A stretch of 63,801 bases of DNA, counting the filler, from Octopus bimaculoides (Eukaryota): assembly GCF_001194135.2 (NCBI RefSeq). It is 6 parts of 6 records of this genome, joined end to end, with 100 filler letters (N's around TTAATTAATTAA, not from the genome) between each part and the next. Parts side by side here need not be neighbours in the genome. Positions count along the whole stretch, not along the records: positions 1 to 22,993 come from NC_068985.1; 5 more parts are not named here. One strand, 5' to 3'. The translations under genes and the position numbers were made by a program. Shown in pieces: positions 1-13,379 of this stretch; within the stretch, counting starts at the first letter, position 1, and each line of letters starts with the position of its first letter. The notes beneath the pieces were generated by a model. That model ran no database searches. It saw only the letters and a list, made by a program, of their open reading frames with translations, and had not been told where the DNA came from.

Positions 1-244
1 ATATATATATATATATATATATATATACCGAACCTATTCTACATGTTTAATCTATGCTATAATTCGTTCATATATCTTACTGAATATGTACACGTGTGTA
101 CGTGTTTGTGCGTTTGTACGTGAGTGTGTGTGATGTGCGTGTGAATGTGTATTGATGCAAGTGTATTTATATACACAATTATACATACATTTTACGTACA
201 AATATTATATTTCAATGCTTTCAAAATTTATCTCACTTTTATAG

Positions 245-403
245 CCTCGCAGGCATTACCAATAGACCATCGGCAAAAGGTGGTAAACGGAACCTTAACA
301 GTGGAAGATGTACAAAGCGCCTACGATGATGGTGACTATACGTGTACTGCGGCCAATTCAAAGGGGGAAGGAATGAGCAGAAATGTGTTGGTTCGAATTC
401 TAG
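245..403 (+). CDS. Dscam: Dscam-like Ig-domain exon (C-terminal half of an Ig6-like domain)
   Basis: Acceptor ctcactttttatag| at 244 and donor CTAG|GTGAGT after 403 (phase 1). Translates SQALPIDHRQKVVNGTLTVEDVQSAYDDGDYTCTAANSKGEGMSRNVLVRIL, with the Ig D-x-G-x-Y-x-C motif. Resembles arthropod Dscam Ig6 (LPINRKQKV..NGTL..E.V....D...YTC.A.N) from memory. A second possible acceptor is CAG at 250-252. Confidence 0.85.
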
Positions 404-1154
404 GTGAGTAGCTTCTGCTTTGTATTTCTGGATTTCCCGGGATTATATTGAAACTAAAATAATCTGATGCTTACAGATGAATTCCCTCTCTCTCTCTCTC
501 TTCCTTTATCTCTCTCTCTTCCTTTATCTCTCTCTCTCTCCTGTTCTTTTTCACTCTCTCATTCTCTCCATTTTCTTGCAAACTCTCATATACAAGCACA
601 TAAAGGCTTGCTATTTCTGTATAAATTAATATGTGTGTGTATATATGTATATATTATATATACATATATATATATATTGTGTGTGTATGTGATTATAAGA
701 TCCAAGGATCAACGTGTAGGGAGTTAGTAAATTTCGACCAGTCCGTGGTAGGTGTAAAAAATGACTTTCAGGAACAATAATAGATTAATGAAGCCGATGG
801 TTGTAGGTTTTTCCTATATCAAAGTTCGATAAGCTGAAAAAAGTTTTTTTTTTAGTTCCCAGTTAACAACTGAAGTTGCTATGAATGTGAATAAAAGTCT
901 AAATAAACGAAGTGTTGCAGGTAAAATCCAGGCTACGTTTTTCTCCTAGCTAGTAGATCCTCGGAAGTAATAATTACTCAACAAGGGGTACTCCACTAGC
1001 TACTCATCAGGCCGAAGATATGAAGGTTACATTGTCTGATGTATATCTTTAGGGACTCGAAGCGTAGGCTCGAAACAAAAGACATTTTCATTTTTCCCGA
1101 GCGTCAAACTAATACACTTACTTCGTCTTTTGTTTTCCTATAAATTTCAACTAT

Positions 1155-1194
<40 letters not shown>

Positions 1195-2194
1195 NNNNNN
1201 NNNNNNNNNNNNNNNNNNNNNNNNNNNNNNNNNNNNNNNNNNNNNNNNNNNNNNNNNNNNNNNNNNNNNNNNNNNNNNNNNNNNNNNNNNNNNNNNNNNN
1301 NNNNNNNNNNNNNNNNNNNNNNNNNNNNNNNNNNNNNNNNNNNNNNNNNNNNNNNNNNNNNNNNNNNNNNNNNNNNNNNNNNNNNNNNNNNNNNNNNNNN
1401 NNNNNNNNNNNNNNNNNNNNNNNNNNNNNNNNNNNNNNNNNNNNNNNNNNNNNNNNNNNNNNNNNNNNNNNNNNNNNNNNNNNNNNNNNNNNNNNNNNNN
1501 NNNNNNNNNNNNNNNNNNNNNNNNNNNNNNNNNNNNNNNNNNNNNNNNNNNNNNNNNNNNNNNNNNNNNNNNNNNNNNNNNNNNNNNNNNNNNNNNNNNN
1601 NNNNNNNNNNNNNNNNNNNNNNNNNNNNNNNNNNNNNNNNNNNNNNNNNNNNNNNNNNNNNNNNNNNNNNNNNNNNNNNNNNNNNNNNNNNNNNNNNNNN
1701 NNNNNNNNNNNNNNATATATATATATATACGCAAATGTACAGTCACCACTTAATAAATTTCACTCATACACCATTGGTAACTCTAATTTAAAAGCTTATT
1801 CTAACATAATAAGTATTTGCACAGTCCCCCACGTTTATTTTTCTTTAGGTAGCATCTACATTATTTCGGAATAGCTTTTGTAACAGGATAAGGAAAGCTA
1901 AACGTAATGTGCTTCCCTTCGACTTAAAATATAAAAAGGTCTGAAATAATTACTATTTAAAATTATGTATTATTTAACATGCCCTGGCAATTTATCAATA
2001 TTTATATAATTAATGGTGGACTATAACTATTTGAAAATAGTTAATTGCCAATTTGGAAGAACAATAGATTTAACATGAGGTATATAATTATTCTGAATTC
2101 AATTTCCAGTTCAATATAATAAATATCTAGCATTGTTTATAACAAACTTGTAACCTCATGCCAATAATAGAAATCGTTACCATTCGTATTATTA

Positions 2195-2865
2195 GAGGAC
2201 ACCTGAAGCTGATGAGCTGGTTAAATCATTAGCACACCGGAAAAATGGTTAGCGGCTTTTCTTCCGGCCTTTTTGTTCTGAGTTCAAAAGGTAGCAGCAG
2301 GCTGGGAAAATGGTTAGCACGCCGGACGAAATGCTTAGCGGTATTTCGTCTGTTGCTACGTTTTGAGTTCAAATTCCGCCGAGGTATGTTTTAAAAAGAC
2401 ATCAAGCTGACAGAATCGTTACCATGCAAAGTAAGATGCTTAGCTACATATCGTCCGTCTTTATGTTCTGAGTTCAAATTCAGTCGTGGTCGACTTTGCC
2501 TTTCATCGTCTCGGGGTCGATAAAATAAGTACCAGTTGATCACTGGGATCGATGTAATCGACTACCTCTTCCCTTGAAAATACTGGCCTTGCGCCATAAT
2601 TTGAAATCATTACTAGTAATCATTATTACCATAGAGGACACGTGAAGGTGCCGAGCTGGCAGAATCATTAAAATGCCAGGCAAAATGCTTAGCGTCGCCA
2701 TTTCGTCTGCCTTTGAATTATGAGTTCAATTGCCGCTGAGGTAGACTTTGCCTTTCATCCCTTTCGAGATGGATGTAATACATACCAGATGAGCATTGGG
2801 TTTGGTATAATCACCTGGCCTCCTCCAACCATGTTTCTGCCCTTGTGCCTTCAGTAGAGAGAATT
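2195..2865 (+). mobile_element. Cluster of four tandem tRNA-derived CORE-like SINE copies (family A)
   Basis: Repeated head gagctggcagaatcgttagc...gttcaaattc and body gtcgactttgcctttcatcc...gataaaataagtacc. Confidence 0.8.
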
Positions 2866-3540
2866 GAGGGAGGGCAACTGTATTCCTATCTTTCCGGTGT
2901 TGATAACACATTTTAGCGTTCTTATTTCTTTGCAAGCCATGCATTTGTCTATCAGAAAAGGAAAATACTTCTCCGTCTTAGACGTTGAATAAATACAGAG
3001 TGAAATCAACGAAAAGTTACAAGAACCGACAGATCAAAATCAGATAGATGGCGATAGCTCTTCAGATAATTGGTGGAATACGAATATCGTAGTTCATTAG
3101 AAAAATGCATCTCTCGTAGTTGAAGTAAGGATGGGTAAGTGTATGCATTTAATTTGAGGAGAGTAGATTGGAGTGTAAAGATATTGAAATGAAAGTGAAG
3201 CGTGCGATTGGTAAGATACCAACACATTGATATTGACGGGTAATAATGCAGTTAAAGACATGTTGGGTACAAAGAACAAAAAAAGATCAGCAGTAGTCTT
3301 GCTGGAAAAGGTGGATGTCAAAGAACATTAGCGGTTTTAGGAAACATAAATAAGCGGAACTTGTGGAAGCAGGTCAAATAAAAGAAAGAAGTGAAAGTTA
3401 GATGAGAAGATAAATAAATTTCAAAAATTAAAAGTCAACGGTCAAAGCGCAAAATCAGTCTCATTACAAATATGCTCAGCACTCTTTCCTTCATTTATTA
3501 TTATCATTATCATCATCATCATCATTATTATTATTATTAT

Positions 3541-3590
<50 letters not shown>

Positions 3591-3602
3591 ATAGTAGTAG
3601 TA

Positions 3603-3804
3603 AGCGGCAAAATCGTTAGCACACCGGACGAAGTGATTAGCAGTAGTTCACCCGTCATTACCTTCTGAGTTCAAATTCCGCCGAAGTCGACTTTACCTTT
3701 CATCCTTTCGGGGTCGATTAAATAAGTACCAGTTAACGCCCTGGGGTCGATGTAATCAACTCATCCCCTACCCCAAAGTTACTCCCATAGTGGCAAAATT
3801 CGAA

Positions 3805-3810
<6 letters not shown>
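3603..3810 (+). mobile_element. SINE family A copy with (ATT)n tail
   Basis: Head, body and ATT tail match the other family A copies. Confidence 0.8.
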
Positions 3811-3848
<38 letters not shown>

Positions 3849-3925
3849 NNNNNNNNNNATTATTATTATTATTATTATTATTGTTATTATTATCATTATT
3901 ATCATCATAATTATTATTATTAAAG

Positions 3926-4171
3926 GCTGCTGCAGAAAGCAAATTGGATGGTTTAGACGGCCAAGTTGGAAGACTGAGGATCACCGTTGATGACTTAACC
4001 AAGCAACTCAATGATGCCAACCATGCCAAGGCACGTCTCACCCAGGAGAATTTCGACTACCAGCACCAGGTCCAGGAGCTGGACAGTGCCAATGCTGCAT
4101 TGGCTAAGGCTAAAATGCAGTTGCAAGCTCAGGTCGATGACTTGAAACGTTCATTGGACGATGAATCCAGA
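3926..4171 (+). CDS. Isolated paramyosin (myosin-rod-type coiled coil) coding exon
   Basis: 82 open codons AAAESKLDGLDGQVGRLRITVDDLTKQLNDANHAKARLTQENFDYQHQVQELDSANAALAKAKMQLQAQVDDLKRSLDDESR. The ARLTQENF..QHQVQELD.AN and DDLKR.LDDESR motifs match invertebrate paramyosin. Strong donor AGA|GTAAGT; acceptor taaag| follows an (ATT)n tract and is weak. Lies on a 471-bp contig between 10-N gaps (3849-3858, 4330-4339). Confidence 0.8.
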
Positions 4172-4239
4172 GTAAGTATCCACTACATTTTTTTTCTATA
4201 TCCTATGTCATACTATGATATGATATGATCACACACACA

Positions 4240-4276
<37 letters not shown>

Positions 4277-6545
4277 GCAAATTATTGAATTAAATCGCCA
4301 TTGGCTTTAACTACGGCCTCCAGACGACTNNNNNNNNNNTTTTTTTTTTATGGCTTTACGTTCTGAATTCGAATGCCGCCGAGATCGACTTTGCCTTTAA
4401 TTCTTTCGGAGTCAACAAGATAAGGACCATTTGAACACTGGGTGCGATGTAATTGACTAGCTCCTTCCCCCAAAATTTCAGGCCTTGTGCTTATAGTAGG
4501 AAAAATTATTATTATTGATGTTGTTGTTGCCGTCGTCATCGTCATCGATATTGTTAATGTTAGTCACAATATAGGTCATAAAATATGCTGCGAACCTATT
4601 ATTATATTATACTATATTTTTCGTTTGCAAGTAAAACCTTCATACCGCGGTAATAATGTTTTAGGTATATTGTGTATGGAGAGTTTTCGTTTGTTTATTG
4701 TTTTTTTTTTTTTTTTCAATTTCGGTTATCAAAATGTGTAGTTTATTTGCAACTTACTATTAAATATTACAGTTTAAAGATCACAAGCAATGCTTGTGTC
4801 CAATATTTTTTTATTCTTTATTTGGCTTAAACTATGTACAAACTCTATACACAAAATCAATAAGTAGAGTAACATTGCACTGTAGAAAGGCTAAAAAAGT
4901 TTCCATCACTTGTTGATTGGATGTGCTTTCATAATTCCGTATACATGCTGATAAGCATTTCTTTGCGCTAATATATTTTCATAAGTATTGTATGTCAGAA
5001 ATATTTGGTGATACGCTGTAGAATATAGCACTATCCACATACACATATACACACACGCTCCGCAAGTACAAAAAAATATATATTTGTTTAGTTTGATAGA
5101 TTTAGTTGTTCTTTAACCAGAAGTTATCTCTAAATTAGTGAACCTTTAATCATAACCACTCCAGTCTTGACTATCGTGTCTTTATCTGTAAATCCATGCC
5201 TATAATATCCATTGTCTCTCAATATAGACTTACATAGAATTTTCTACTTTTTTAGCAGGTCGAAAGACCGTTTAGTAACTTCCGTTGTTGTTGGCTTCAA
5301 ATAATAATTTATTAAAACATGTTTAAGTTATCCTTCTCTGAGCGTTAACAGCAGGAATATGTGCATGAACAAACGTACATACATTCATCTAAAATTGCAT
5401 TAAAATCTCGACGTTCATCAAAGCTTATTGTATAATATGAGGATAAGTTTATTTGTTTATCCCAAAAGAATTACTCAATCTCACCTTAATATAATAGATT
5501 TGGTTTAAGTTTACTACCCTAGTATCTCTCCCTGGAAAGGTCTGTTTTAGCCACAGATTAGATTAGAGCACAGTGCTGCAGTTACTTAGAGCAGTGAATA
5601 ACCATCTGGTATCTATTTCCAAGTATTTTAACTCTTTGCCGATCACTGAATATCTCTATTTCCTAATTGTTACGGAAACGAAACAACCTTGCACTTTTAT
5701 TTTCGTAAAAAATTAATAGTTTCCATTAATATGTTACATTTTGTAATTTTGTTCGACTCTTAAAACATTGCAAGACTGTGTCGCAATGGCAAACACGGTT
5801 AATTGACACCAATAACATGGGTAAAGCGATGCAATTCTCTACTTTGTATTTCAATTCATCATAATATATTTGAATGCCCAGGGCCACGAAAGAATCCACT
5901 ATTGCTTAGTATTGATAAAATTATGTGATGTCATAGATAAAAAAAACTACAATTTCCAATTAGTCTTTTCAGATTTTATACGTGGTTAATTTCTTTCAGA
6001 AAGATATACACGTGCACCAAACTCATTTCGCAAATCTCTTGTCAATGCATTGTCATTAATATATATATATATATATTTCTTCCCAAAACGCAGTCCAAAT
6101 TATCTTCTTTTACAGAAACGAATATTCAACATAGTTATAGGTCCTAGCAAAACTGTGTTTTGTAAGGAATGTACTACAGAGCTCTATTATCTTTAAAACT
6201 TCTTTTTCTAAATAAAATCCAATATGAAACGACTACACGTATGTTATTAAACTCTGATCTACTCATGTGTGCTATGTGATGAAAATTGTCTCACTGAATC
6301 AACGTAGTTTTTATTGCCGTTACATTTTTAAGACCTCTTGAAACTACAGTGATTTTCCATAACAGTTCTAACAATTACTACACACTATTAACATTTAGAA
6401 ATGTACCTACCGCTCAATTCAGGCTTTATACATTTCAGAAAAAGTATTTATTCAATAATAAGAAGCAAAAAAAAATCATTAAATATTTTGTCTGAATGCA
6501 TGTGAAACGTAATGATTCATTTATTTATGTGTCCATATATTACAG

Positions 6546-6703
6546 AACCACCTACAATAGCACCATTTAGTTTCCAAAAGCAAACACAAGCCGGTCGAAG
6601 AGTCACAGTGATTTGTCTGATCAGCAGCGGAGAACTACCCATAGTCGTCGGTTGGTTGAGGAATGGACAAGTGATACCTCCAGACCTTGGCATTACCGTA
6701 AAG
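6546..6703 (+). CDS. Dscam: Dscam-like Ig-domain exon (N-terminal half of an Ig7-like domain)
   Basis: Acceptor atattacag| at 6545 and donor AAG|GTAAAT after 6703 (phase 0). Joins exon 245-403 in frame (G|AA = Glu), giving VRIL-EPPTIAPFSFQKQTQAGRRVTVICLISSGELPIVVGWLRNGQVIPPDLGITVK, with Ig Cys and Trp and the P..I.PF.F start typical of Dscam Ig7. Confidence 0.85.
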
Positions 6704-7044
6704 GTAAATCTCGTTTTAATTTCTTTAAATTACTTTTGAGTGAATTATTTTAAGAAAGTAATTTACATATTTTGCACAATGTTTGGAAATTATAACATAT
6801 TCAATTCTGTTTTTAATTACAGTGATTTAAATTGCCAGTCTTCAATGATATAAGTTGCATGGTGGTATTATTGAAAGATATCAAAAATATATCACGAACG
6901 CTTTATACAAATACAGATCTCGCTATTTGTACTTAGCGCTTACTTGAATTAGAGTAACTAATTCCTAACAGTTAGTCTTTGTTTAATCAAGAGCTATTTT
7001 GCTGAAAGTCCCTTGGATGATCTAAAACTGTTAATATTAGTTTC

Positions 7045-7680
7045 AAATTTTGGCACAAGGCCAGCAATTGCGGGGTTAAATTGATTACATCGACTCCAGT
7101 GTTCAACTGGTATTTGTTTTATCGAATTCGAAAGGGTTAAAGGCAAAGTCGACCTCGGCGGAATTTGAACTCGGCGGAAAGTGAAGACGGAATTGATGCC
7201 GCTAACATTTTGCCCGGTTTGCTAACGATTCTGCCAGCTCGCCGCCTCTGAACAGTTAATAATACTTTCTATTTTAGGCACAAGGCTTGCAATTTGAGAA
7301 AAGAGGACTAGTCAAGTACATCGATCCCAGTGTTTCACTGGTACTTAATTTATCGATCCTTCAGGATGAAGGGCAAAGTCGACTCGGCGGAATTTGAACT
7401 CAGAACGTAGAGGCGAGTGAAATACGGTTAAGCATTTCAACCAGCGTGCTAACGATTCTTATTTCTTTATTGCCAACAAGGGGGCTAAACATAGAGGGGG
7501 AAAAACAAGGACATACAGATAAAGGGATTAAGTCGATTACATTAACCCCAGTGCGTAACTGGTACTTAATTTATCGAACCCGAAAGGATGAAAGGCAAAG
7601 TCGACCTCGGCGGAATTTGAACTCAGAATGTAACGGCAGACGAAATACCATGCTAACGATTCTGCCAGCTCGCTGCCTTT
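7045..7680 (-). mobile_element. Three tandem SINE family A copies
   Basis: Reverse-complement head/body repeated three times; aac(a/t)gttaata recurs at about 7026, 7251 and 7683. Confidence 0.8.
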
Positions 7681-8534
7681 AGAACAGTTAATAGTATTGC
7701 CACAAATTTGCTGGACGGAATATAATCATTTGAATCTTTTAAGTATTTAACTGCTACATATATAATAGGGTTTGATAAGAGAAAAGGATTCACGAAGTGA
7801 TTTTAAACCAGAATCTACCTACGTGAAACTAAATAAAGTGTAAGGGCTTTAATCCTTAGTTCTACGTTTTTTATCGCTTATACATATGTGGTGCCATAGA
7901 GTATTATTAACATTCCTTGTAATTACAGTATAGGCAATATCTATACAGGCTGTTTATACGTAAATATTAAATAAAATCTTGCTATAAATTCAGTGTTATA
8001 TCTATGTTTCTTTTCTTTTACGAAAAACGAACAAGTCCGTGCTGCAATATATTAGGTTTAACAACTCCTAAGACTTAAGGCAACATGGGAAACATTAATA
8101 TTGCAGAATCTGGAGATCGTTCAGACATCATTTTAATATGTTTCCATAGAATATGTGGTATGCAGTAGATTTTGATATTCGAATGTACACATATTACACT
8201 GAAATGTTTCTCTTTATACTGGGCAGTATGCTGGCGTAAGCTTTGTATATTAATAAGTATTAGCACTGTAAAAATTGAGAAATTTAATCTTACACAACAA
8301 AGAACACATTCAAATGCCAATTCCTTCATACTTCAACTCCTAGAGGTACGAGGAATTAGATATAAACGTATGTTTATAGGACTGTCGTAAATTTATTCTC
8401 GACTGCGTAAATAAATTTTGAAAACTGAGAAACAAACGGATATTTATTTCAATATTTGCATATACAGATGCAAATATTGTATACGTTTATGCATGCACAG
8501 GCATAGGTGTACATATATGCGTTTATACATAGAT

Positions 8535-8565
<31 letters not shown>

Positions 8566-9839
8566 CGCAATATATGCATATATATACAAATATATATGAA
8601 AATATATGTGTGTAGGCATTATAGAAACATATTTAGATATGCATGTATATGTATATAAATAGTACTTGAGAGAACTAAAAGTAAGCGTGATTTATATATA
8701 TATATATATATATATATATNNNNNNNNNNNNNNNNNNNNNNNNNNNNNNNNNNNNNNNNNNNNNNNNNNNNNNNNNNNNNNNNNNNNNNNNNNNNNNNNN
8801 NNNNNNNNNNNNNNNNNNNNNNNNNNNNNNNNNNNNNNNNNNNNNNNNNNNNATATATATATATATATAAAGTAACAAAAACAGAATGAGACCTCGATAT
8901 TAGATAAATAGAGGATTATTTATATGTTATAATTTAGAACAAAAAGTAAAAGGTTGTCATTATAGTGCTCGGAGATTCGAATGCAGAGAGAAGAGCTACG
9001 ATGCATCCTTGTCGGCTATTAATGGCTACAGATGCTATGAAAAACAGTTGAATAAAAGGGAAGTTACTCTAATAGGTAGAAAAAGAAAAACAAATGCACG
9101 CAACCATATTCTTCCAATACATAGGCATAAACCTCCTGCGTTCACAACGTCTGCATACGCACACACTCACACAAACATGTATACGTACATGCACATACAC
9201 ACACACACACAATCATATTTGTGTATGTACGTACTCATACATACAGATATATCCAATATATTTTATTTTCTTGAGTTTGACGCTTATCCAGTTGGCCAGT
9301 TCTTTGCTAAACCGCTAAACTACAGCGATGTAAACAGTTCAATATTGCTACCCATCCATCCATACATACATACAAACATACATACATCCATACATACATA
9401 CATTCATACATACATGCACACATACATACATGCACACATGCATACATGCATACATACATACATACGTATCGGGATATCTGGGACTATAGAAACTTGTAGA
9501 ACCTTCTAAAGATTTAAAGGATGATGCTTAAAACAAGATACTTTCCTTCACAACCTTCCGACCAAATAAGTGACCGGTCAAAATTTACTCCAAAAATAAA
9601 AAAAGAGAATCACACATACATACATACATACATACATACATACATACATACCTTGTTGATGTTGAAATTTCAATGAAGGAGCCTTAGATCTAGGTTTAAA
9701 TCCGGCTCTTTCTCTATTAGGAAAAAATCTTGGAATATAACTGAATAATGATATACATACACACATAGATGCATGCACACACATACATACATACATACAT
9801 ACATACATACATACATACATAGCTACTCATAATAAAAAG

Positions 9840-10235
9840 GAATACTGGTGGAATATCCCAGTGAAAATCTCAATAAAATAAGCACAACAGACCTGATATA
9901 ATGATTTGGGATGGAGAAGAGAAACTGTGTACAGTTGTGCAAATTAGCTGCCCAGCAGATGTTAACAAAGCTGAAGATCAGTGAAAAAGAGAACACCTAT
10001 GCTGAACTAGGTGAAATCTGCAGTTACTCTATCCAGATCGCAAGTTCATGTTTATACCTGTAATTACCGGGACCCTGGGATATGTAACACACTGCCTAAA
10101 TACCAATCTTGAGAAATTAGGCTTCTCAAAACCAGAAAGAAGAAAGCTAATTTGAAAACTACAGATCCAGTTCATCACTGGAACTGTAAAAATCTGCAAA
10201 ACTTCTCAGAAGTTTATCATTTAAATATACATGAG
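9840..10235 (+). mobile_element. RLE non-LTR retrotransposon C-terminal endonuclease fragment
   Basis: YWWNIPVK...NRPDIMIWD..EKLCTVV.ISCPADVN...LEKLGFS...TGTVKICKT. Sits next to a (CATA)n tract. Confidence 0.7.
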
Positions 10236-11746
10236 CATGTCTAGATATGCAACTATATGTATGAAAATACATAGATAAAACAAAACATACAAATTTGCAC
10301 ATATGCATACATATTTACAAACAAAATACCCTGTTGTTGATGTTGAAACAGGTTAGAAACAGGCTCTTTCTGTATTGTGTGCGTATGTGTGTGTGCGTGT
10401 GTATACTCAGAGATATATAATATACGATGGGATTTTGAACAGTTTCCGTCTTCCAAATTCGCCGCAAGTCGTTGGTTCTGTCATGTACATTTTGGATAAA
10501 GGTTTCAGCAGAGTTTATGTAGATTTATTTACGTATCTCGTTGTATTTTGTGAGTCCAGTTTTCCTTAACATTTCTTGTACCGAAAGTCTCTTTAGAGAA
10601 TCAACTACCATTGATTTTTTTTTTTTTTTACGCTTACATTGAGAATACAAAATGAAATTATGACATTTATCACGTGATACATGATATTATTAACGATATT
10701 CATGTAGCTAGTTATATATGCTATACATACTTGCTGGGTTACTGCAGTTCTCTTTTATAGACACGAATCCTTTAACCTATATATATGTGCGTCTGTTATC
10801 CTTTTATTCCTCTTTCCCTTCTTTCTTACTCTCCTTTTCCTAATTTCATCTCATTTGAGTTTCTTTTTTTACTCTAACATGATTTCTTCAGCCTCACCTG
10901 TATCACTCACTACCTATAACTTCCATTTTCTCTTACACTTTAATTCCCTATCACTATACTAAATTTACTCGCTCTTCGTGGCTTATTCTTTGTGCGTACG
11001 CGCGTGTGTGCGTTTCTCTAGTGTATTCCTATATCTTTATGTATATCAATATATATTTCCCCTTATATATTCTTAAGATAACTGTTTCCTTCTTCACAAT
11101 TTTTCAATACTTATTTACGCATTTATACTTCTATTTGTTAATCGCATCGATTTTTTTAACCAGCCCTCTTCCGTTTCCTTAACTGTATGAGCTGATCGAT
11201 GTTACCTATCAATTAGAAGCCACTATATGGTCATGTTATTTACACACTGTGTAATTAAACCGAGGCCTTGTACTTAGTTATCGATTCACTTTGATGTAAT
11301 TAAAAATTTGTGTCCAGTTTGAATATCATCATTTCGTTATCGACATTATAATATATTATTTATCTTGTTTTAACAGTTTTATGCGAGATTCTGCTGTAGC
11401 ACCTATATTTCTGAAGTGTGTGTAGTCTTTTCTTTTTAGAATATAAAATTGCATTTGTATCTTATGTCAGTTTGCAATGTAGCATGGTTTTATTTGTTGT
11501 TTTCTTCTATCTTAGTGTTTTGTGTGTTGTGTACAATGCGGTGTGTGAGTTATGTTATTCTTTGAGAAGTAGTTATGGTGTTTTGTATATGCTGTGTGAA
11601 TTATGCTATATCTTTTACTGACGGATGGTGATGGTACAGTATGAGTTGTGTAACTTGTCTTATATTGTTGAGCAGCGATTGTGGAGATTGTGAATCAAAT
11701 CAAAATTATTGATACCATAAAATCAGGTGGTAAATTTATAAGGATA

Positions 11747-12885
11747 TACCCATAATCTTTAAGAATCTTATTAAGAATAGAAGTTGTAAAGTACTTAAGC
11801 TGTTTGACAAGGCAACCCATTATTATAACGTGCTAAAGGCTTGTGTTTTAAACATGTAGCTTACAATATATTTAATTCTTGAAATCTTTAAACAATGAGA
11901 AAATATAGTCTGATTTGTTGCATTCTCTCNNNNNNNNNNAATATATTTAATTCTTGAAATCTTTAAACAATGAGAAAATATAGTCTGATTTGTTGCATTC
12001 TCTCTCACTATAACGTCAAATAAAAACAGAATGTTTCTTAACTTACAAGCTCAGCATTACTCGCAAGCAAATAGAGGAGCATATGTTAATCACGCCAGTC
12101 CTTAAACTGAGTTAATCACACTATTGTTACAGAGTCGGAAAAATATTTTGCGGTATATTTTTCGTTTTTTTTTTACGTTCTGGGTTTAAACGACAGCGCA
12201 AACAACCTTTTCTTTCATCCCATCGGGTCGATAAAATAAGAACCAGTTAGTCCAAGGATCGATGTGGTTTTGACTGAACTATCCACTAAGCATTTCTGGC
12301 ACAGTTCCTAAATCAAACATCATTATTATTGTTATTTTTCATTCACTGTGGCCTTTATGGTGACGGTGGCTAGGTCATTTCCTGTGAATGTAATAGACAC
12401 ACTAAATAACCATGGAAGATAATGTACAATATGTTAAGGCTAAAAATCTCTATAGCGACTAACTTATAGTTAAATTTTAGACGTCACTCTAAATATTTGC
12501 CATAACCTATACAAACATTATAAGAAACCACATGAGAGACCCACCTACCCATAATCATGCCAGGATAACCAGAATCATACAACCTACCCATAATCTTTAA
12601 GAATCTTATTAAGAATAGAAGTTGTAAAGTACTTAAGCTGTTTGACAAGGCAACCCATTATTATAACGTGCTAAAGGCTTGTGTTTTAAACATGTAGCTT
12701 ACAATATATTTAATTCTTGAAATCTTTAAACAATGAGAAAATATAGTCTGATTTGTTGCATTCTCTCTCACTATAACGTCAAATAAAAACAGAATGTTTC
12801 TTAACTTACAAGCTCAGCATTACTCGCAAGCAAATAGAGGAGCATATGTTAATCACGCCAGTCCTTAAACTGAGTTAATCACACT
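11747..12885 (+). repeat. Near-identical approx. 300-bp direct duplication (11747-12122 and 12585-12885)
   Basis: Copies differ by eye only by one T in a run; the first copy also has a gap-flank overlap at 11870-12003. Confidence 0.85.
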
Positions 12886-13379
12886 GACTCACAAGTACAT
12901 CTGAAATTACTGCTCGTGTAAAAACGATGACTGACTTCGAGCTAGTTCATGTAACACAAGTTGGCATATAGGAATTACCGAAGACACATTTTAGATACGC
13001 CGCCTCAATAACCTATATAGGACCAATAAAGAATGACTAAGCTCTCCTTTTTGCATTTAATTACTGATAGGAACGGACTCCACTGGACTTTTGAAGGGAA
13101 AATATTGAAAATTTTCAAATATTGCAGGAATTCGATTAAAATTCTTTATTTAAACTCTGTTGAGAAAAAAATAAATCAATGCTGAAACATCGGAGTCAAC
13201 GTGAGGTGAACCGTAATTGAAAATGGAAATACAATTAAAACGTAGACAATTGCGAATACTGAATATTGTGTGCATGTGTGTGTGTGTGTGTGTGTGTGTA
13301 CTTGGAAGAACATAAATACATTTTTATGTATATATTCCTATGTATATACATGCAATGAATGTCCTGGAATAAGTATAAA

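Noticed and set aside
1045-1090. Plus-strand cgaagcgtaggctcgaaac and, at about 16555, ctgaagaaggacttaagctaaaac
   Set aside because: Core boxes incomplete and no closing stem I.
2900-3400. Purine-rich segment that might be a decayed ORF
   Set aside because: Stops in all frames and no recognisable domain.
11870-12003. 60-bp tandem duplication around a 10-N gap
   Set aside because: Typical unmerged contig overlap.
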